64,000 nucleotides of DNA from Thermococcus sp. JdFR-02 (GCA_002009975.1 MTLP01000031.1:1-64000); one strand, 5' to 3'. Positions 44,243-54,758 are shown, counted from the stretch's first letter. The notes: a model not told the origin generated them from the sequence alone. Made by a program: numbers and translations.

Positions 44243-45067
44243 ATGGAAAAATTTGTAACTTTTGGTATTATTTTCTTAATCATAATTTCATTTTCTGCCT
44301 GCATTTCTCAAGAAAAAGAACTCACAAAAGAGAGCATCTTAAAAGCAATCGATGGGATTAATGCCTACACTTATGAGGTAAATAGAGTCGAGAGAAGAGC
44401 AGGCAGAGAATATGAAATATATCTCCATGAAGGGATAGATCGAGAAAGAAAAATATTTTTTGCATTTATAAACATTAGAGTGAAATTTGAAGAAACATCT
44501 GGAAGAACCAGGACATGGGAATATTTTGATGGCTCTAAGCTCTATGCAAGAATTGAGCAAAAAGAAAATGGAAGAATGAAGAATGTGACATTTTCCTATA
44601 CTATTGACGAACTTTACAATCTCACACATAAATATCTAAAAAATGTGAGCAGAGAAGAGTATCTTAAACGCGTGATGAATAGAAGAGACTTTTTAATCAG
44701 CAAACTGAAAGTCTTGCTGTCCAAGGCAGAAATCAAGTCTATAGAAAGGGATGGAAAACAGTACAAGGTAACATTTGAGGTTCATAACGAGTATGAGAGT
44801 GTCCCAAATATAACAATCTCCAATGCTAATCCAACCGTTATAGAAGACTACAAAGAAAGCATGAGAAGCTGGATCATTGAAGAGATGCAAGGCAAACTCT
44901 GGGTCGATAATAAAGGAAGACCTACAAAACTTGAAGTTGAAAACAGAAGACGTATAACATTTAAATTGGCGAACAAAACTTATGAGGAATTCATCCAATA
45001 TAACATTACTTTCACTTACATGTTTGAGCTTCCAAAATGGGTCAATGGAATAAAAGAAAAAAGCTGA
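44243..45067 (+). CDS. Putative lipoprotein
   Basis: Signal peptide with FSAC lipobox-like motif; beta-rich body. Confidence 0.7.
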   Translation: MEKFVTFGIIFLIIISFSACISQEKELTKESILKAIDGINAYTYEVNRVERRAGREYEIYLHEGIDRERKIFFAFINIRVKFEETSGRTRTWEYFDGSKLYARIEQKENGRMKNVTFSYTIDELYNLTHKYLKNVSREEYLKRVMNRRDFLISKLKVLLSKAEIKSIERDGKQYKVTFEVHNEYESVPNITISNANPTVIEDYKESMRSWIIEEMQGKLWVDNKGRPTKLEVENRRRITFKLANKTYEEFIQYNITFTYMFELPKWVNGIKEKS

Positions 45068-45069
45068 AT

Positions 45070-46131
45070 CTAATCACTTGTCAAATTTAAGACCAGCTCT
45101 TGCAACACTTCTCTAGTGAAGGGTTTATTTCCCTTTAAAATCAGGTATAGCTCCCTAAGAAGTGGAACATCTTTAGCTATTTGAAGCTTACCTTCTCTCT
45201 CTAAGTTTAACACTAATTTATATGCAGATGGGAGTGTGCCGTATCCTTCAACAGTCCCCTTCCCTCTACGCCTCATCTCTTCAAGTGCCTCTTCAACAGT
45301 AAGCCCGCTTCCCAAAAGCTCACCAAACATAACGTTTCTTCCACCCCTCGCTGTTGTCTCCAAATCTCCTATTCCTGCTAGTCCATATGCACTCTCACTC
45401 TTTCCTCCAAGCGCTTCAGCTATTTTACCCATCTCTTTAACTGCTTGTGTAAAAAGCAACCCTCTCGTATTGTCTATTGTCTCCACATCTAATTGTCCCT
45501 TCATACCCTCACACATTCCTATGGAAATAGCATAAACATTTTTCAATGCTGAGCATATCTCAACTCCAATTACGTCATCACTAAGAATGGGTCTGTAATA
45601 ATCTGTTTCAAACGCTTCTTTACATTTCTTTGCAGCTTTCAGATCTTTTGAGGCAAATACAACACTTGTAGGAACTTTTTTAGCCAATTCTAAAGCCAAA
45701 GAAGGACCAGCTATTGCAAGTAATGAGATGCTATCCCTTTTCTCTTCAGGTAACTCAGATTTAACGACTTCCAACATAGTATATATTTTTCCTTCAAAAT
45801 CCTCAAGCCCCTTTGCGATAGTAATGACCACAGTCCCCTCCTCAAGATATGGCATAATCCTTCTCGCTATACTTCTAACGCCTGCTGATAAAACACCTAT
45901 AACGACGATTTCACTGCCTTTTACTGCCTCTCCTATCTCCTCAGGCGAAAATAGTTCAACTTCCTTTGGTATTTCAACTTTAAGCCTTGGATGTATCCCT
46001 GTTCTTGCTATCTCCTCCAAAATTCTCCTATCAAATTCTGTGCCCCAAAGCTTTACTCTATTCCCATTTTCTGCTAGAGGTATTGTCAAAGCACTTCCCA
46101 TCACACCCGCACCAAGAACTACCACCTCCAT
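45070..46131 (-). CDS. gpsA: NAD(P)H-dependent glycerol-3-phosphate dehydrogenase (bacterial GpsA type)
   Basis: LGAGVMG, AKGLE, AGPSLA, GVEICSALKNVYAI, GLAGIGDL..T..GGRN, VEG; start ATG 46131. Confidence 0.9.
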   Translation of the reverse strand: MEVVVLGAGVMGSALTIPLAENGNRVKLWGTEFDRRILEEIARTGIHPRLKVEIPKEVELFSPEEIGEAVKGSEIVVIGVLSAGVRSIARRIMPYLEEGTVVITIAKGLEDFEGKIYTMLEVVKSELPEEKRDSISLLAIAGPSLALELAKKVPTSVVFASKDLKAAKKCKEAFETDYYRPILSDDVIGVEICSALKNVYAISIGMCEGMKGQLDVETIDNTRGLLFTQAVKEMGKIAEALGGKSESAYGLAGIGDLETTARGGRNVMFGELLGSGLTVEEALEEMRRRGKGTVEGYGTLPSAYKLVLNLEREGKLQIAKDVPLLRELYLILKGNKPFTREVLQELVLNLTSD

Positions 46132-46182
46132 AAAACTACGCCTCCTAAAAATTTTAAAAATAGCTAACAAGGAGCATGATGT

Positions 46183-47394
46183 TCAATTCCTAACCTTCTC
46201 ATCCACAAGCTTATTGAGTTCTTCTATCAATCTCTCTTCTTTTCCTACATCGACTGTAGTTGCAGCGGCATAATCATGACATGCATCAATGTCTCCTCCA
46301 ACACGCTTTGCTGCCTCCGGAAGTAACCATGCCAAACCAGGCATCTCTTTTGATAATATCCTCTCCTCCAGAGAAGGTGGGACTCTCATTGAAAGCTTTG
46401 CAATATTCCAATCAAACTTACCAAGCTTTGGAACACGTGGGGGCATGTTCTGGAAACCTGCTATGTATTTGTTTGGGTCTATAAATTCCCTAGTGCGGAT
46501 TTCCATACAAAATTCACCAATCACTTTTACCCCCATTGGTTCAAAATCATCATGAACATGGAACCACTGAACATATTTAGTTTGGATTAATCCACCACTG
46601 CTAAGCTTTTCAAGAGCTTTTTCAAATTTCTCCCTCTTTATTCTGTTAAGCTCCTCAAGCTTTTTCTCTGATTTTTCATTTGGTCCTTTAAGGCACATCT
46701 CAATTCCTATTTCTGGTCCGTCTAGATAATAACCCACTGCTCCAAGAACAGTTAAATTCTTTGCAAACTTGGATATAGGTAGTCTTTCACCAAAAACTGT
46801 TAAAAAGTACTCCTCTTTTCCATCTTTCTTTAAGACTTCTACTTGTCCTGCCTTAACTGCTTCTTCTAAGACTTCTCTATTCACGCTCACAAGAGAACCA
46901 AATCTGTGGTGGCTATCTCCAATTGCACCAATAACTCCTAGGTATGCCAAGTCCCTATTGTCTCCTAAAAGGTTTGCAAAAAGATAGGCTGCTGAAGCTG
47001 CCGAAATATCTTTTTCTCCACTCACACCATAAAACTCTGTTGAAAAGTTGAACACTTTTGGATCATCAACCTTAGATGGTAAATGGTGATCTATTATCAC
47101 AACATAGTTCTTTCCGTTATTTATTCTTGCAATTTCTGGGGCTGCTCTACTACCAAGGTCACAAAACAGTATTAGATTGTCATAAAGCTCAAATATCCTT
47201 TTCACGATTAGTGGATGAACCCTTTCTATTGGCACGTTTTCAACTTCATGCCCAGCTCTTTCAAGAGCTGCTTTTAAAATTGCACCCGAAGAAAGACCAT
47301 CAGCATCGTTGTGGTGCACGAGGGTTATTTTTTCGCTTTTTTCTATTAAAGGAAGGACTTTCTTTAAGTCCTCCAAAAATTCTTCTTTTGACAT
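46183..47394 (-). CDS. DHH-family phosphoesterase
   Basis: HNDADG, CDLGS, IDHH, GAIGD, C-terminal DACHDYAA. Confidence 0.87.
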   Translation of the reverse strand: MSKEEFLEDLKKVLPLIEKSEKITLVHHNDADGLSSGAILKAALERAGHEVENVPIERVHPLIVKRIFELYDNLILFCDLGSRAAPEIARINNGKNYVVIIDHHLPSKVDDPKVFNFSTEFYGVSGEKDISAASAAYLFANLLGDNRDLAYLGVIGAIGDSHHRFGSLVSVNREVLEEAVKAGQVEVLKKDGKEEYFLTVFGERLPISKFAKNLTVLGAVGYYLDGPEIGIEMCLKGPNEKSEKKLEELNRIKREKFEKALEKLSSGGLIQTKYVQWFHVHDDFEPMGVKVIGEFCMEIRTREFIDPNKYIAGFQNMPPRVPKLGKFDWNIAKLSMRVPPSLEERILSKEMPGLAWLLPEAAKRVGGDIDACHDYAAATTVDVGKEERLIEELNKLVDEKVRN

Positions 47395-47405
47395 AAAAAC
47401 GCCCC

Positions 47406-48215
47406 CTATATCAATTTCAAAACATCGTTTACGCTGTCAAAAACATAATCAACCAATTCTAATTTAGATTTGTCAACTTTTTCCAAATCCTCACGGCTTG
47501 TTACACCTGTAAGAACCAACACCGTTGTTAAACCGGCTGATTTTCCAGCCTTCATATCTGTATCTATTTGATCACCAACCATTACACACTCATCTGGCTT
47601 GAGTCCAAGTTTTTCAAGCGCCATTTGAACTATTACGGGAGAAGGTTTTCCTACTATAACAGGCTCTACCCCCGTCATAGCCTTAACTGCACCAATGAAT
47701 GCCCCGGTTCCTGGCAACAGTTTTCCATCCTTTCCCGGAAAAGTTGGATCTGGATTAACAGCTACAAACTTTGCTCCTGCTTTAATAGCCCTTAAAGCTC
47801 CCGTAAACTTCCATCTATTTTCCTCCGTTACATAGCCTTTTTCATCAAAAGGTGAACCTGCAACCACGAACTCAGCTTCTTCCGGTTCTTCAACCACTAT
47901 TAAACCTGCCTTTTCAAGTTCTTTCCTAAGACCTCTTGCACCAACCCAGTAGACTTTTTTGCTCTTGCAGTGTTTTGCAACATAATCTGCAATAGCACTT
48001 GTTGCAAGAACTAAATCTTCAGGCTCAGCTGGTATTCCAAGCCTATGCAGCTTTTCAACATACTCTTCACGGGATTTCGTGGAAAGATTTGACAAAAAAA
48101 CTATCTTAATTCCGGCTTCTCTTAACTTTGCTATAGTCTCCTTAGCTCCAGGAATTGGTTTATCTCCTCTACATAAAACCCCATCTATATCAAAGATGAA
48201 TCCCTTGTATCCCAT
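47406..48215 (-). CDS. HAD-IIA (NagD-like) phosphatase
   Basis: FDIDGVL, LSN, NPD, GKP, VGDQIDTD. Confidence 0.92.
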   Translation of the reverse strand: MGYKGFIFDIDGVLCRGDKPIPGAKETIAKLREAGIKIVFLSNLSTKSREEYVEKLHRLGIPAEPEDLVLATSAIADYVAKHCKSKKVYWVGARGLRKELEKAGLIVVEEPEEAEFVVAGSPFDEKGYVTEENRWKFTGALRAIKAGAKFVAVNPDPTFPGKDGKLLPGTGAFIGAVKAMTGVEPVIVGKPSPVIVQMALEKLGLKPDECVMVGDQIDTDMKAGKSAGLTTVLVLTGVTSREDLEKVDKSKLELVDYVFDSVNDVLKLI

Positions 48216-48220
48216 ATCAG

Positions 48221-49282
48221 CTACCTCCTCTCTTTAGGGAACACTATACATTCTTTCAGCTCAACTTTCACAATTTGTCCAACTTCAAGCTCCACTTCAG
48301 GTCCAGTCTTCATTCTAAGTTCTATATCTCCTAAAACAAGCCTATAATCATAGGAATCTCCAAGAAATGTCTTCTTCACAACCTTTGACTCAACAACATT
48401 TACTCCTTCTTTCTGAGCAAGCCTTATATTTTCTGGTCTTATGCTAATGATAGCTTTGGAACCTTTGTGGACATTTCTCGACAGAAATCCTTCTAAAGAA
48501 ATCCCCTCTTTGATTTCTACAGTTGCAATGCCCTTTTCATTATCCACCCCTACAACCCTTCCTTCCAAGAAATTTGAAATTCCTATGAAATCAGCCACAA
48601 AAGGTGTCTTTGGTCTTTTATATATCTCATATGGCGTTCCAATTTGCTCAATCCTTCCTCTATTCATAACCGCAATTCTATCACTGATAACTAACGCTTC
48701 TGCCTGATCGTGAGTGACATAAATTGCTGGTATTTTAAGCTTCTTTTGAAGTTCTACTAATTCAAAACGAACTCTTTCTCTAAGTTTTGCATCCAAGTTT
48801 GAGAGAGGTTCATCAAAGAGCAACATCTTAGGATGAACCGCTATTGCCCTTGCAATTGCAACTCTCTGCTGCTGTCCACCGCTAAGCTGTCTTGGATATC
48901 TATCTTCAAGTCCCTGCAAACCTACAAGCTCTAAAGCTTCTTTAACTCTCTTTCTAATTTCTTCTTCTGGAAGTTTCTTTAACTTTAATCCAAAAGCAAC
49001 ATTTTCAAAGACCGTCATGTGCGGGAAAAGGGCATAACTTTGAAAAACAAAGCCAACTTCTCTCTTCTCTACTGGAACGTCTGTTATATCCTCATTTCCA
49101 AAGTAAACTCTACCCTCATCAGGCTTTATCAATCCAGCGATTATTCTTAGCGTTGTTGTTTTTCCACAGCCACTTGGACCTAGGAGGGAAAAGAACTCAT
49201 CTTTCCTTTTTAGCTCAAAGGTTACCCCATCAACAGCGCGGGTTTTACCATAATACTTCTTTAAGTTAACAACTTTTAGCAT
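48221..49282 (-). CDS. ABC importer ATPase (PotA/FbpC-like, TOBE)
   Basis: GPSGCGKTT, VFQSYALFPH, LSGGQQQR, FDEPLSNLD. Confidence 0.94.
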   Translation of the reverse strand: MLKVVNLKKYYGKTRAVDGVTFELKRKDEFFSLLGPSGCGKTTTLRIIAGLIKPDEGRVYFGNEDITDVPVEKREVGFVFQSYALFPHMTVFENVAFGLKLKKLPEEEIRKRVKEALELVGLQGLEDRYPRQLSGGQQQRVAIARAIAVHPKMLLFDEPLSNLDAKLRERVRFELVELQKKLKIPAIYVTHDQAEALVISDRIAVMNRGRIEQIGTPYEIYKRPKTPFVADFIGISNFLEGRVVGVDNEKGIATVEIKEGISLEGFLSRNVHKGSKAIISIRPENIRLAQKEGVNVVESKVVKKTFLGDSYDYRLVLGDIELRMKTGPEVELEVGQIVKVELKECIVFPKERR

Positions 49283-49292
49283 TTCACCCACC

Positions 49293-50096
49293 TCAGACTC
49301 TTTGGAGAGATATTCCCGTGTATTTCTCAAGCAGGAATATCAATATCAATGAAGGAACTACTAACAAAGTGCTCAAAGCACCAGCCAAGTGAGGTGCCCA
49401 GTAATAACCTCCAGCGTTTTGATAAACTTTAACAGCAATGGTGGCTATTGTTGGATATCCCAGTAGCATTGTCAGAACGAATTCATTTATTGACCACGCA
49501 AAAGCCAAAACACCTGCAGCTGCCAAATATGGCTTTAACAATGGAAGATAAACCTTCCTAATTATTGTTAATCCTTTTGCACCAAAGACTTTTGCCGCCT
49601 CCTCTAACTCAGGATCAATTGATGCAAAACCGTTAGTTAAGTTACGGAAAACATAAGGAACTGCACCAACTGAGTGTGCTAGCACTATACCATGGAAAGT
49701 ATAGAGCCATCCTAACCTTGAATAAACTGGAAGCATTCCAACTCCCAAAGCAACTGCTGGAACTGTTTGTGGTATGCTTCCAAAGGTCTCAAAAAAGTCT
49801 CTCCCAAATTTTATTTTACCTGTTCCAATAACGTAAGCTGGTAGGAGGTTTAAGAGAATAACAAATACTGCAACTGTTATTGCTATAACGAATGTCATCC
49901 ATATTGCTTTGAATATCTCTGGTGTTTGAAAGACTTGGACGTACCATTTAATCCCTACCTTCTCTGGAGCCCACCATTTTTGGATTCTGTACCATTGAGT
50001 TGCCAATGATTCAAGTATCATAACCCCAAGGGGAAAGAAGATGTAGAAGGCAAGTAATGAAGCCAAAATAATTCCGACTTTATCTCCTCTTTTCAT
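49293..50096 (-). CDS. ABC importer permease (PotC-like)
   Basis: EEAAKVFGA EAA loop; 6 TM. Confidence 0.9.
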   Translation of the reverse strand: MKRGDKVGIILASLLAFYIFFPLGVMILESLATQWYRIQKWWAPEKVGIKWYVQVFQTPEIFKAIWMTFVIAITVAVFVILLNLLPAYVIGTGKIKFGRDFFETFGSIPQTVPAVALGVGMLPVYSRLGWLYTFHGIVLAHSVGAVPYVFRNLTNGFASIDPELEEAAKVFGAKGLTIIRKVYLPLLKPYLAAAGVLAFAWSINEFVLTMLLGYPTIATIAVKVYQNAGGYYWAPHLAGALSTLLVVPSLILIFLLEKYTGISLQRV

Positions 50097-50926
50097 TGAT
50101 ATCCACCTCTCCTAAGCCTAATTGAAAGCGTGAAGTATATATATCCTAGAAACATTGAAATTGCGACAAAAACCATTGACATTGCAGAGGCTTTTGCAAT
50201 ATCAAACTCCTGGTTTAGAATGTAATATATGTAGACTGGGAAGTAAGTTGGTTCACTACCTAAAATTAAGGGTATTGAAACTCCTACAAATGCTGCAAGA
50301 AACACTATTGATGTTCCTGTAATTAGTGCACGCCATGTTAAAGGAAGGTAAATTTTTTTGATTATCACCCATCCACTTGCTCCCAATGATCTTGCGGCTT
50401 CAATTATCTCTGGATTAATCTTGACCAATGCCGCATAGGAAATTATGAAAATCATTGGAATATAGAGCCATATGTGGGCAATATTTATTGAAATTCCTTT
50501 ACCCATGAAGTTTATTGGTTCAAAGCCAAGCTTTGTTAGCAGTATGTTAAGGATCATTGTAACGTATCCCTTCGGTGCAAGAAGAGCCCTCCAGATGAAA
50601 CCTATAACTATATAGGGGACAAAAAGAGGAACTCTAAGAACTTGGATTATAACATTTTCATAGGATTTCCTCATGACCAAAATTAGCGCGATTGAGTAGC
50701 CAAAAAACGCTGAGAGCAGTGTTGATACAAAGGCTACTCTTATTGTAAATATCAAGGATTTCCAAGCATATTTGTCTGGTTTAAACAGTGCTAATGCATT
50801 TGCAAGCCCAAATTCTTTGCTGCTAGTGTAAAACACATTAAACAAGGGCCAAAATAAAACCACTGCAAAAAATATTAAAAGAGGTGAAAAATAAAGAAAG
50901 TTCTTTAAGCGCTCATCCATAGACAT
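50093..50926 (-). CDS. ABC importer permease (PotB-like)
   Basis: IEAARSLGA EAA loop; 6 TM. Confidence 0.9.
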   Translation of the reverse strand: MSMDERLKNFLYFSPLLIFFAVVLFWPLFNVFYTSSKEFGLANALALFKPDKYAWKSLIFTIRVAFVSTLLSAFFGYSIALILVMRKSYENVIIQVLRVPLFVPYIVIGFIWRALLAPKGYVTMILNILLTKLGFEPINFMGKGISINIAHIWLYIPMIFIISYAALVKINPEIIEAARSLGASGWVIIKKIYLPLTWRALITGTSIVFLAAFVGVSIPLILGSEPTYFPVYIYYILNQEFDIAKASAMSMVFVAISMFLGYIYFTLSIRLRRGGYQ

Positions 50927-50933
50927 CACGCTT

Positions 50934-52223
50934 TCACCTTTCTTTAACTTCCTCTGTCCACTTCTTCATCATGTAGAACATGTACTCAGCATGTCTGTAC
51001 CTAAGCTCTGGTTTTCTTAATGGGTCTCTCCATGCTTTGAAGTCAATTCCTTCTGGTAACCAAACTCCTATTCCGTTAATTCCATTGAAGGTTGGTGTGT
51101 CTGGCATAGCGTCGGTTTTTATTGGGTAAGCACCAATTTCTTGTGGAATTCTTCTTTGAACTTCATCTGAAAGCATGAAGTTAATCCATACTAATGCAGC
51201 GTACTTGTGAGGTGCGTTGTAAGGAATAGCGTAACCATCAAATCCACCAGAGGCAATTGGTGGATCAATCATGTACATTCCAATCATGTTTGGATCTAAC
51301 CTTCCAGCTTGTATTTCTTGGAGAGTAATTGATGTCCACATTGGGATTAGACCAACTTCACCTTGCTCTAAAAGTTCAATCGTAGCTTTATTCCCTTCAG
51401 GATACGGATTGTTTTTGTACAAGTAAGGTTCAAGTTGGTTTAGATAATCAAATACACGCTTTGAAAGTTCTTCTGCTCTATTTTCATCAAAGGGCTTGAA
51501 AGCATAGGCATCGTAACCGTTAATGTAGTAAGCGACTGAAATTAACCAAGTGTGTCCAGAACCACCTTTATTTGGATCACAGTATGCGAACATTCCGGGG
51601 TTTCTCTTAACCCAGTCTAAAAGTTCATCCATTGTCTTTGGAGGAGCCTCCATCTTTCCTTCTTCAACCCACTTCTTATTGTAGAGCATTGCAACTTGCC
51701 ATTGGAGAATTGGAACGTGTCTTCCATAGGATGGATAGAAGTCGTGGAAGTACTTAGGAATGTATGGGATGTCTTTAGCATTTGGAACAAGATCAACTAT
51801 TGGAACGTCCCACCAAATGCCGGCTTTGTAACCTTCAGCAAATGGTGCTGACCATATCATAACAACGTCAATGTCTCCTACCTCTACCCCTCTCTTCTTT
51901 TCGTCTTTAAGTTTTTCAACCGCTTTAAACCATCCAACGTCTTGATATTCAAACTTTATACCATATTTCTGTTCAAATTCTTTTCCAAGCTTTCTGTAGA
52001 AGTCATGCTCTGCAACACTTCCAAAACCAACCACTACAACTTTTCCTTCTTGCTGTGCACGCTTTACTATTTCTTCCCACGGAACTTCATATGCAAGCTT
52101 GTACTCCACGGCACCAGTAACAGTCTCAGTTACGGTTGCTTGTTCTTTTGAAACACACCCTGCTGCACTTAGCACTATCACTCCAATAAACAAAGCAGCC
52201 AAAAAGCCAAATTTTCTATTCAT
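50934..52223 (-). CDS. ABC importer substrate-binding lipoprotein (PotD/YnjB-like cluster)
   Basis: SAAGC lipobox, Thr-rich linker, PPKTMDELL, AIPYNAPHKYAALVWINFMLS. Confidence 0.88.
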   Translation of the reverse strand: MNRKFGFLAALFIGVIVLSAAGCVSKEQATVTETVTGAVEYKLAYEVPWEEIVKRAQQEGKVVVVGFGSVAEHDFYRKLGKEFEQKYGIKFEYQDVGWFKAVEKLKDEKKRGVEVGDIDVVMIWSAPFAEGYKAGIWWDVPIVDLVPNAKDIPYIPKYFHDFYPSYGRHVPILQWQVAMLYNKKWVEEGKMEAPPKTMDELLDWVKRNPGMFAYCDPNKGGSGHTWLISVAYYINGYDAYAFKPFDENRAEELSKRVFDYLNQLEPYLYKNNPYPEGNKATIELLEQGEVGLIPMWTSITLQEIQAGRLDPNMIGMYMIDPPIASGGFDGYAIPYNAPHKYAALVWINFMLSDEVQRRIPQEIGAYPIKTDAMPDTPTFNGINGIGVWLPEGIDFKAWRDPLRKPELRYRHAEYMFYMMKKWTEEVKER

Positions 52224-52469
52224 AACTTCCCCACCTACTTCCGCTGTTCAACTATTACGCGGATTTAAAACAGCCCAAGATTTTAGCTATATTGACCATA
52301 TACCAATATATAATATATATAGTTTACGCCGAAAATGTTGTCTAAAATTCGTTTATGTTTGTACCGAAATTGTAACAAATTCATTTTTCTCTTCAAACTC
52401 TTAGATAGCTGTAAGGGTTTTATGAATACATTAGCATCATCACATTAAAACGAAGCTTATAATTGAGAT

Positions 52470-53951
52470 TTAAAATGAGCTAACATTCCTTGTCCAGCCT
52501 AAAGCCCTCTTTACAGCCTCTTTCCATGCCCTATAGAGCTTTTCCCTCTCCTCTTCACTCATCTTTGGTTCAAATTCTCTATCAAGTTTCCAGAGATCTT
52601 TCACTTCCTTTAAACTCTCCCAGTAATTTATTGCCAATCCAGCCATATAAGCTACGCCTAAAGCTGTAGTTTCCTGAATTACTGGGCGAGCAAGCTTTTT
52701 ACCTAAAATATCTGCCTGAAACTGCATTAGAAAGTTATTCTTTGCTACTCCACCATCAACCCTAAGTTCTTTAATTGAGATTCCCTTCTCCATCTCTTCA
52801 ATAACATCCCTTGTTAAGTAAGCAATTGCCTCAAGCACCGCTCTAATTATATGTTCCCTCTTTGTCCCCCTCGTAATTCCGATGAACAAACCCCTTGCAA
52901 ATGAATCCCAATAGGGTGCACCAAGCCCTACAAAGGCTGGAACAAAATAAACACCATAATTTGATGCTAATTTTGAGGCAATCTCTTCTGTCTCAGCTGC
53001 ATTTTTTATTATCTTCAAATCTTCCTTAAGCCACTGTATTGCTGCACCAGCGACAAAAACACTTCCTTCTAATGCATAAACTGTCTTTCCTAACTTCCAA
53101 GCAATAGTTGTTGAAAGATTTTTTAAAGAGCGGAATTCTGTTCCTATATTCGCTAAGATATAATTACCAGTCCCATAGGTTGCCTTTGCCATCCCCTCTT
53201 CAAAACATGCTTGCCCAAACAAAGCTGCTTGCTGATCTCCTAAATCTCCACTAACAGGTATTTCCTTCCCAAACAGCGTTTTCTTTGTGTATCCATACAC
53301 TTCGCTTGATCCTCTTACTTCAGGGAGAATCTCCTCTGGAATTTCAAAGATTTCTAAAAGTTCATCATCCCATTTAAGCTTCCTAATGTCAAAAAGCATG
53401 GTTCTTGATGCATTTGAGTAATCTATAACATGCTTTCCCGTGAGTTTATATATTAAAAAGCTATCGACAGTTCCAAACATCACTTCTCCTTTATGTGCTT
53501 TCTTTTTTAACTCAGGAACATTATCCAAAAGCCACTTTATCTTGCTAGCCGAAAAGCATGCATCTGGGACTAGTCCAGTTTTTTCTTTAATGAGCTCTCC
53601 ATACTCCCTTTTAATCTCCTCCATCATTTCAGCCGTTCTTCTGCATTGCCAAACAATTGCATTGTAAACTGGTTCTCCTTTTTTATCCCAAATTATTACC
53701 GTTCCTCTTTGATTTGCAATCCCAATAGCGGCTATCTGCTCAAAAGAAATTTTAGCATTGTATAATGCATTCCTTATAGCTTTGAGCTGAGCATTCCAAA
53801 GTTCATATGGGTTTTGTTCAATCCAACCGGGCTTTGGATAATACTGGGGGAACTCGCATTGCTCCAAACCTAAAACTTCACTATTTCTATTAAAAACAAC
53901 AGCTTTTGCACTCGTGGTGCCCTCATCAAGTGAAAGTATAAATTTATCCAT
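52470..53951 (-). CDS. glpK: Glycerol kinase-like FGGY kinase
   Basis: [49 protein letters not shown]. Confidence 0.88.
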   Translation of the reverse strand: MDKFILSLDEGTTSAKAVVFNRNSEVLGLEQCEFPQYYPKPGWIEQNPYELWNAQLKAIRNALYNAKISFEQIAAIGIANQRGTVIIWDKKGEPVYNAIVWQCRRTAEMMEEIKREYGELIKEKTGLVPDACFSASKIKWLLDNVPELKKKAHKGEVMFGTVDSFLIYKLTGKHVIDYSNASRTMLFDIRKLKWDDELLEIFEIPEEILPEVRGSSEVYGYTKKTLFGKEIPVSGDLGDQQAALFGQACFEEGMAKATYGTGNYILANIGTEFRSLKNLSTTIAWKLGKTVYALEGSVFVAGAAIQWLKEDLKIIKNAAETEEIASKLASNYGVYFVPAFVGLGAPYWDSFARGLFIGITRGTKREHIIRAVLEAIAYLTRDVIEEMEKGISIKELRVDGGVAKNNFLMQFQADILGKKLARPVIQETTALGVAYMAGLAINYWESLKEVKDLWKLDREFEPKMSEEEREKLYRAWKEAVKRALGWTRNVSSF

Positions 53952-54002
53952 AACCTTACCACCTTAAAAAAGAAAAAACCAAAGAGATATAAACCTTTTA
54001 CG

Positions 54003-54758
54003 TCATCTAAGACCCATTTCTCTCAAAAGGTTGAACATTTTCTCTATGTCATCGGTTATTACAACATCAAAAAGCCCTTTAAGTCTCTTTAAATGATCAT
54101 TTTGATAGTAAAGCTCATCAATTTCAGTCCAGAGGATCATTTTAAAGCCCAGTTTTTTAGCCCAAGCAACTGCTTGATAAAATCTCTCAAAACCTATAAT
54201 AGGGATGCCTTCCATTGGGGCATTGGCAGAGTAAAGTTTAAGCTCTTCTTTTAATTTAGGGAGCATTCCCACTATCTCCTCATTACCTATTAAAACACCA
54301 AGCTTAATTTTATTGTCAAGCTCTCTTGCTTTATGAAGGGCTTCTATGTTAAAGGAAGAAATCAAAGTTCTATTAACAGCATTATACTCTTTAATTATAT
54401 CATAAGTTGCTTCAACAGCATCAACATCCTTAATTTCAATGTTTATCAGCGAATCTTTCGGCAGAATTTCTAAAATTTCCCTGAGGGTTGGAATTTTCTC
54501 ACCCATCCCAACATCCGCTTTTTTAAGTTCTTTTAATGTCATATCTTTGATATTTGCCCTAATTTTTGCTGTCCTTTCTAAAGTTTCATCATGAAGTGCT
54601 ATAACATTTCCATCCTTAGTGAGCCAAACATCAACCTCAACACCATCTGCCCCAGCTTCAATGGCTTTTTTATAGGCTAAAAGGGTATTTTCAGGAAACT
54701 TTGCCATGTACCCTCTATGTCCCAGGACTAGTATTCTATCCTCCTCCCAGCTTGGCAT
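54003..54758 (-). CDS. glpQ: Glycerophosphodiester phosphodiesterase
   Basis: GHRG, PENT, EVDV, HD, NIEIK, ISSF, VITD; start re-picked at ATG 54758. Confidence 0.92.
   Translation of the reverse strand: MPSWEEDRILVLGHRGYMAKFPENTLLAYKKAIEAGADGVEVDVWLTKDGNVIALHDETLERTAKIRANIKDMTLKELKKADVGMGEKIPTLREILEILPKDSLINIEIKDVDAVEATYDIIKEYNAVNRTLISSFNIEALHKARELDNKIKLGVLIGNEEIVGMLPKLKEELKLYSANAPMEGIPIIGFERFYQAVAWAKKLGFKMILWTEIDELYYQNDHLKRLKGLFDVVITDDIEKMFNLLREMGLR

Noticed and set aside
45728-46273. 181-aa plus-strand ORF and the many other short ORFs opposite real genes
   Set aside because: Ser/Ile/Phe-rich antisense shadows of well-supported CDSs, without SD sites or motifs.
52322-52372. Imperfect direct repeat (TTTCGG...AAAC on the minus strand) upstream of the importer operon
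   Set aside because: Too short and degenerate in AT-rich DNA to support as an operator without comparative data.
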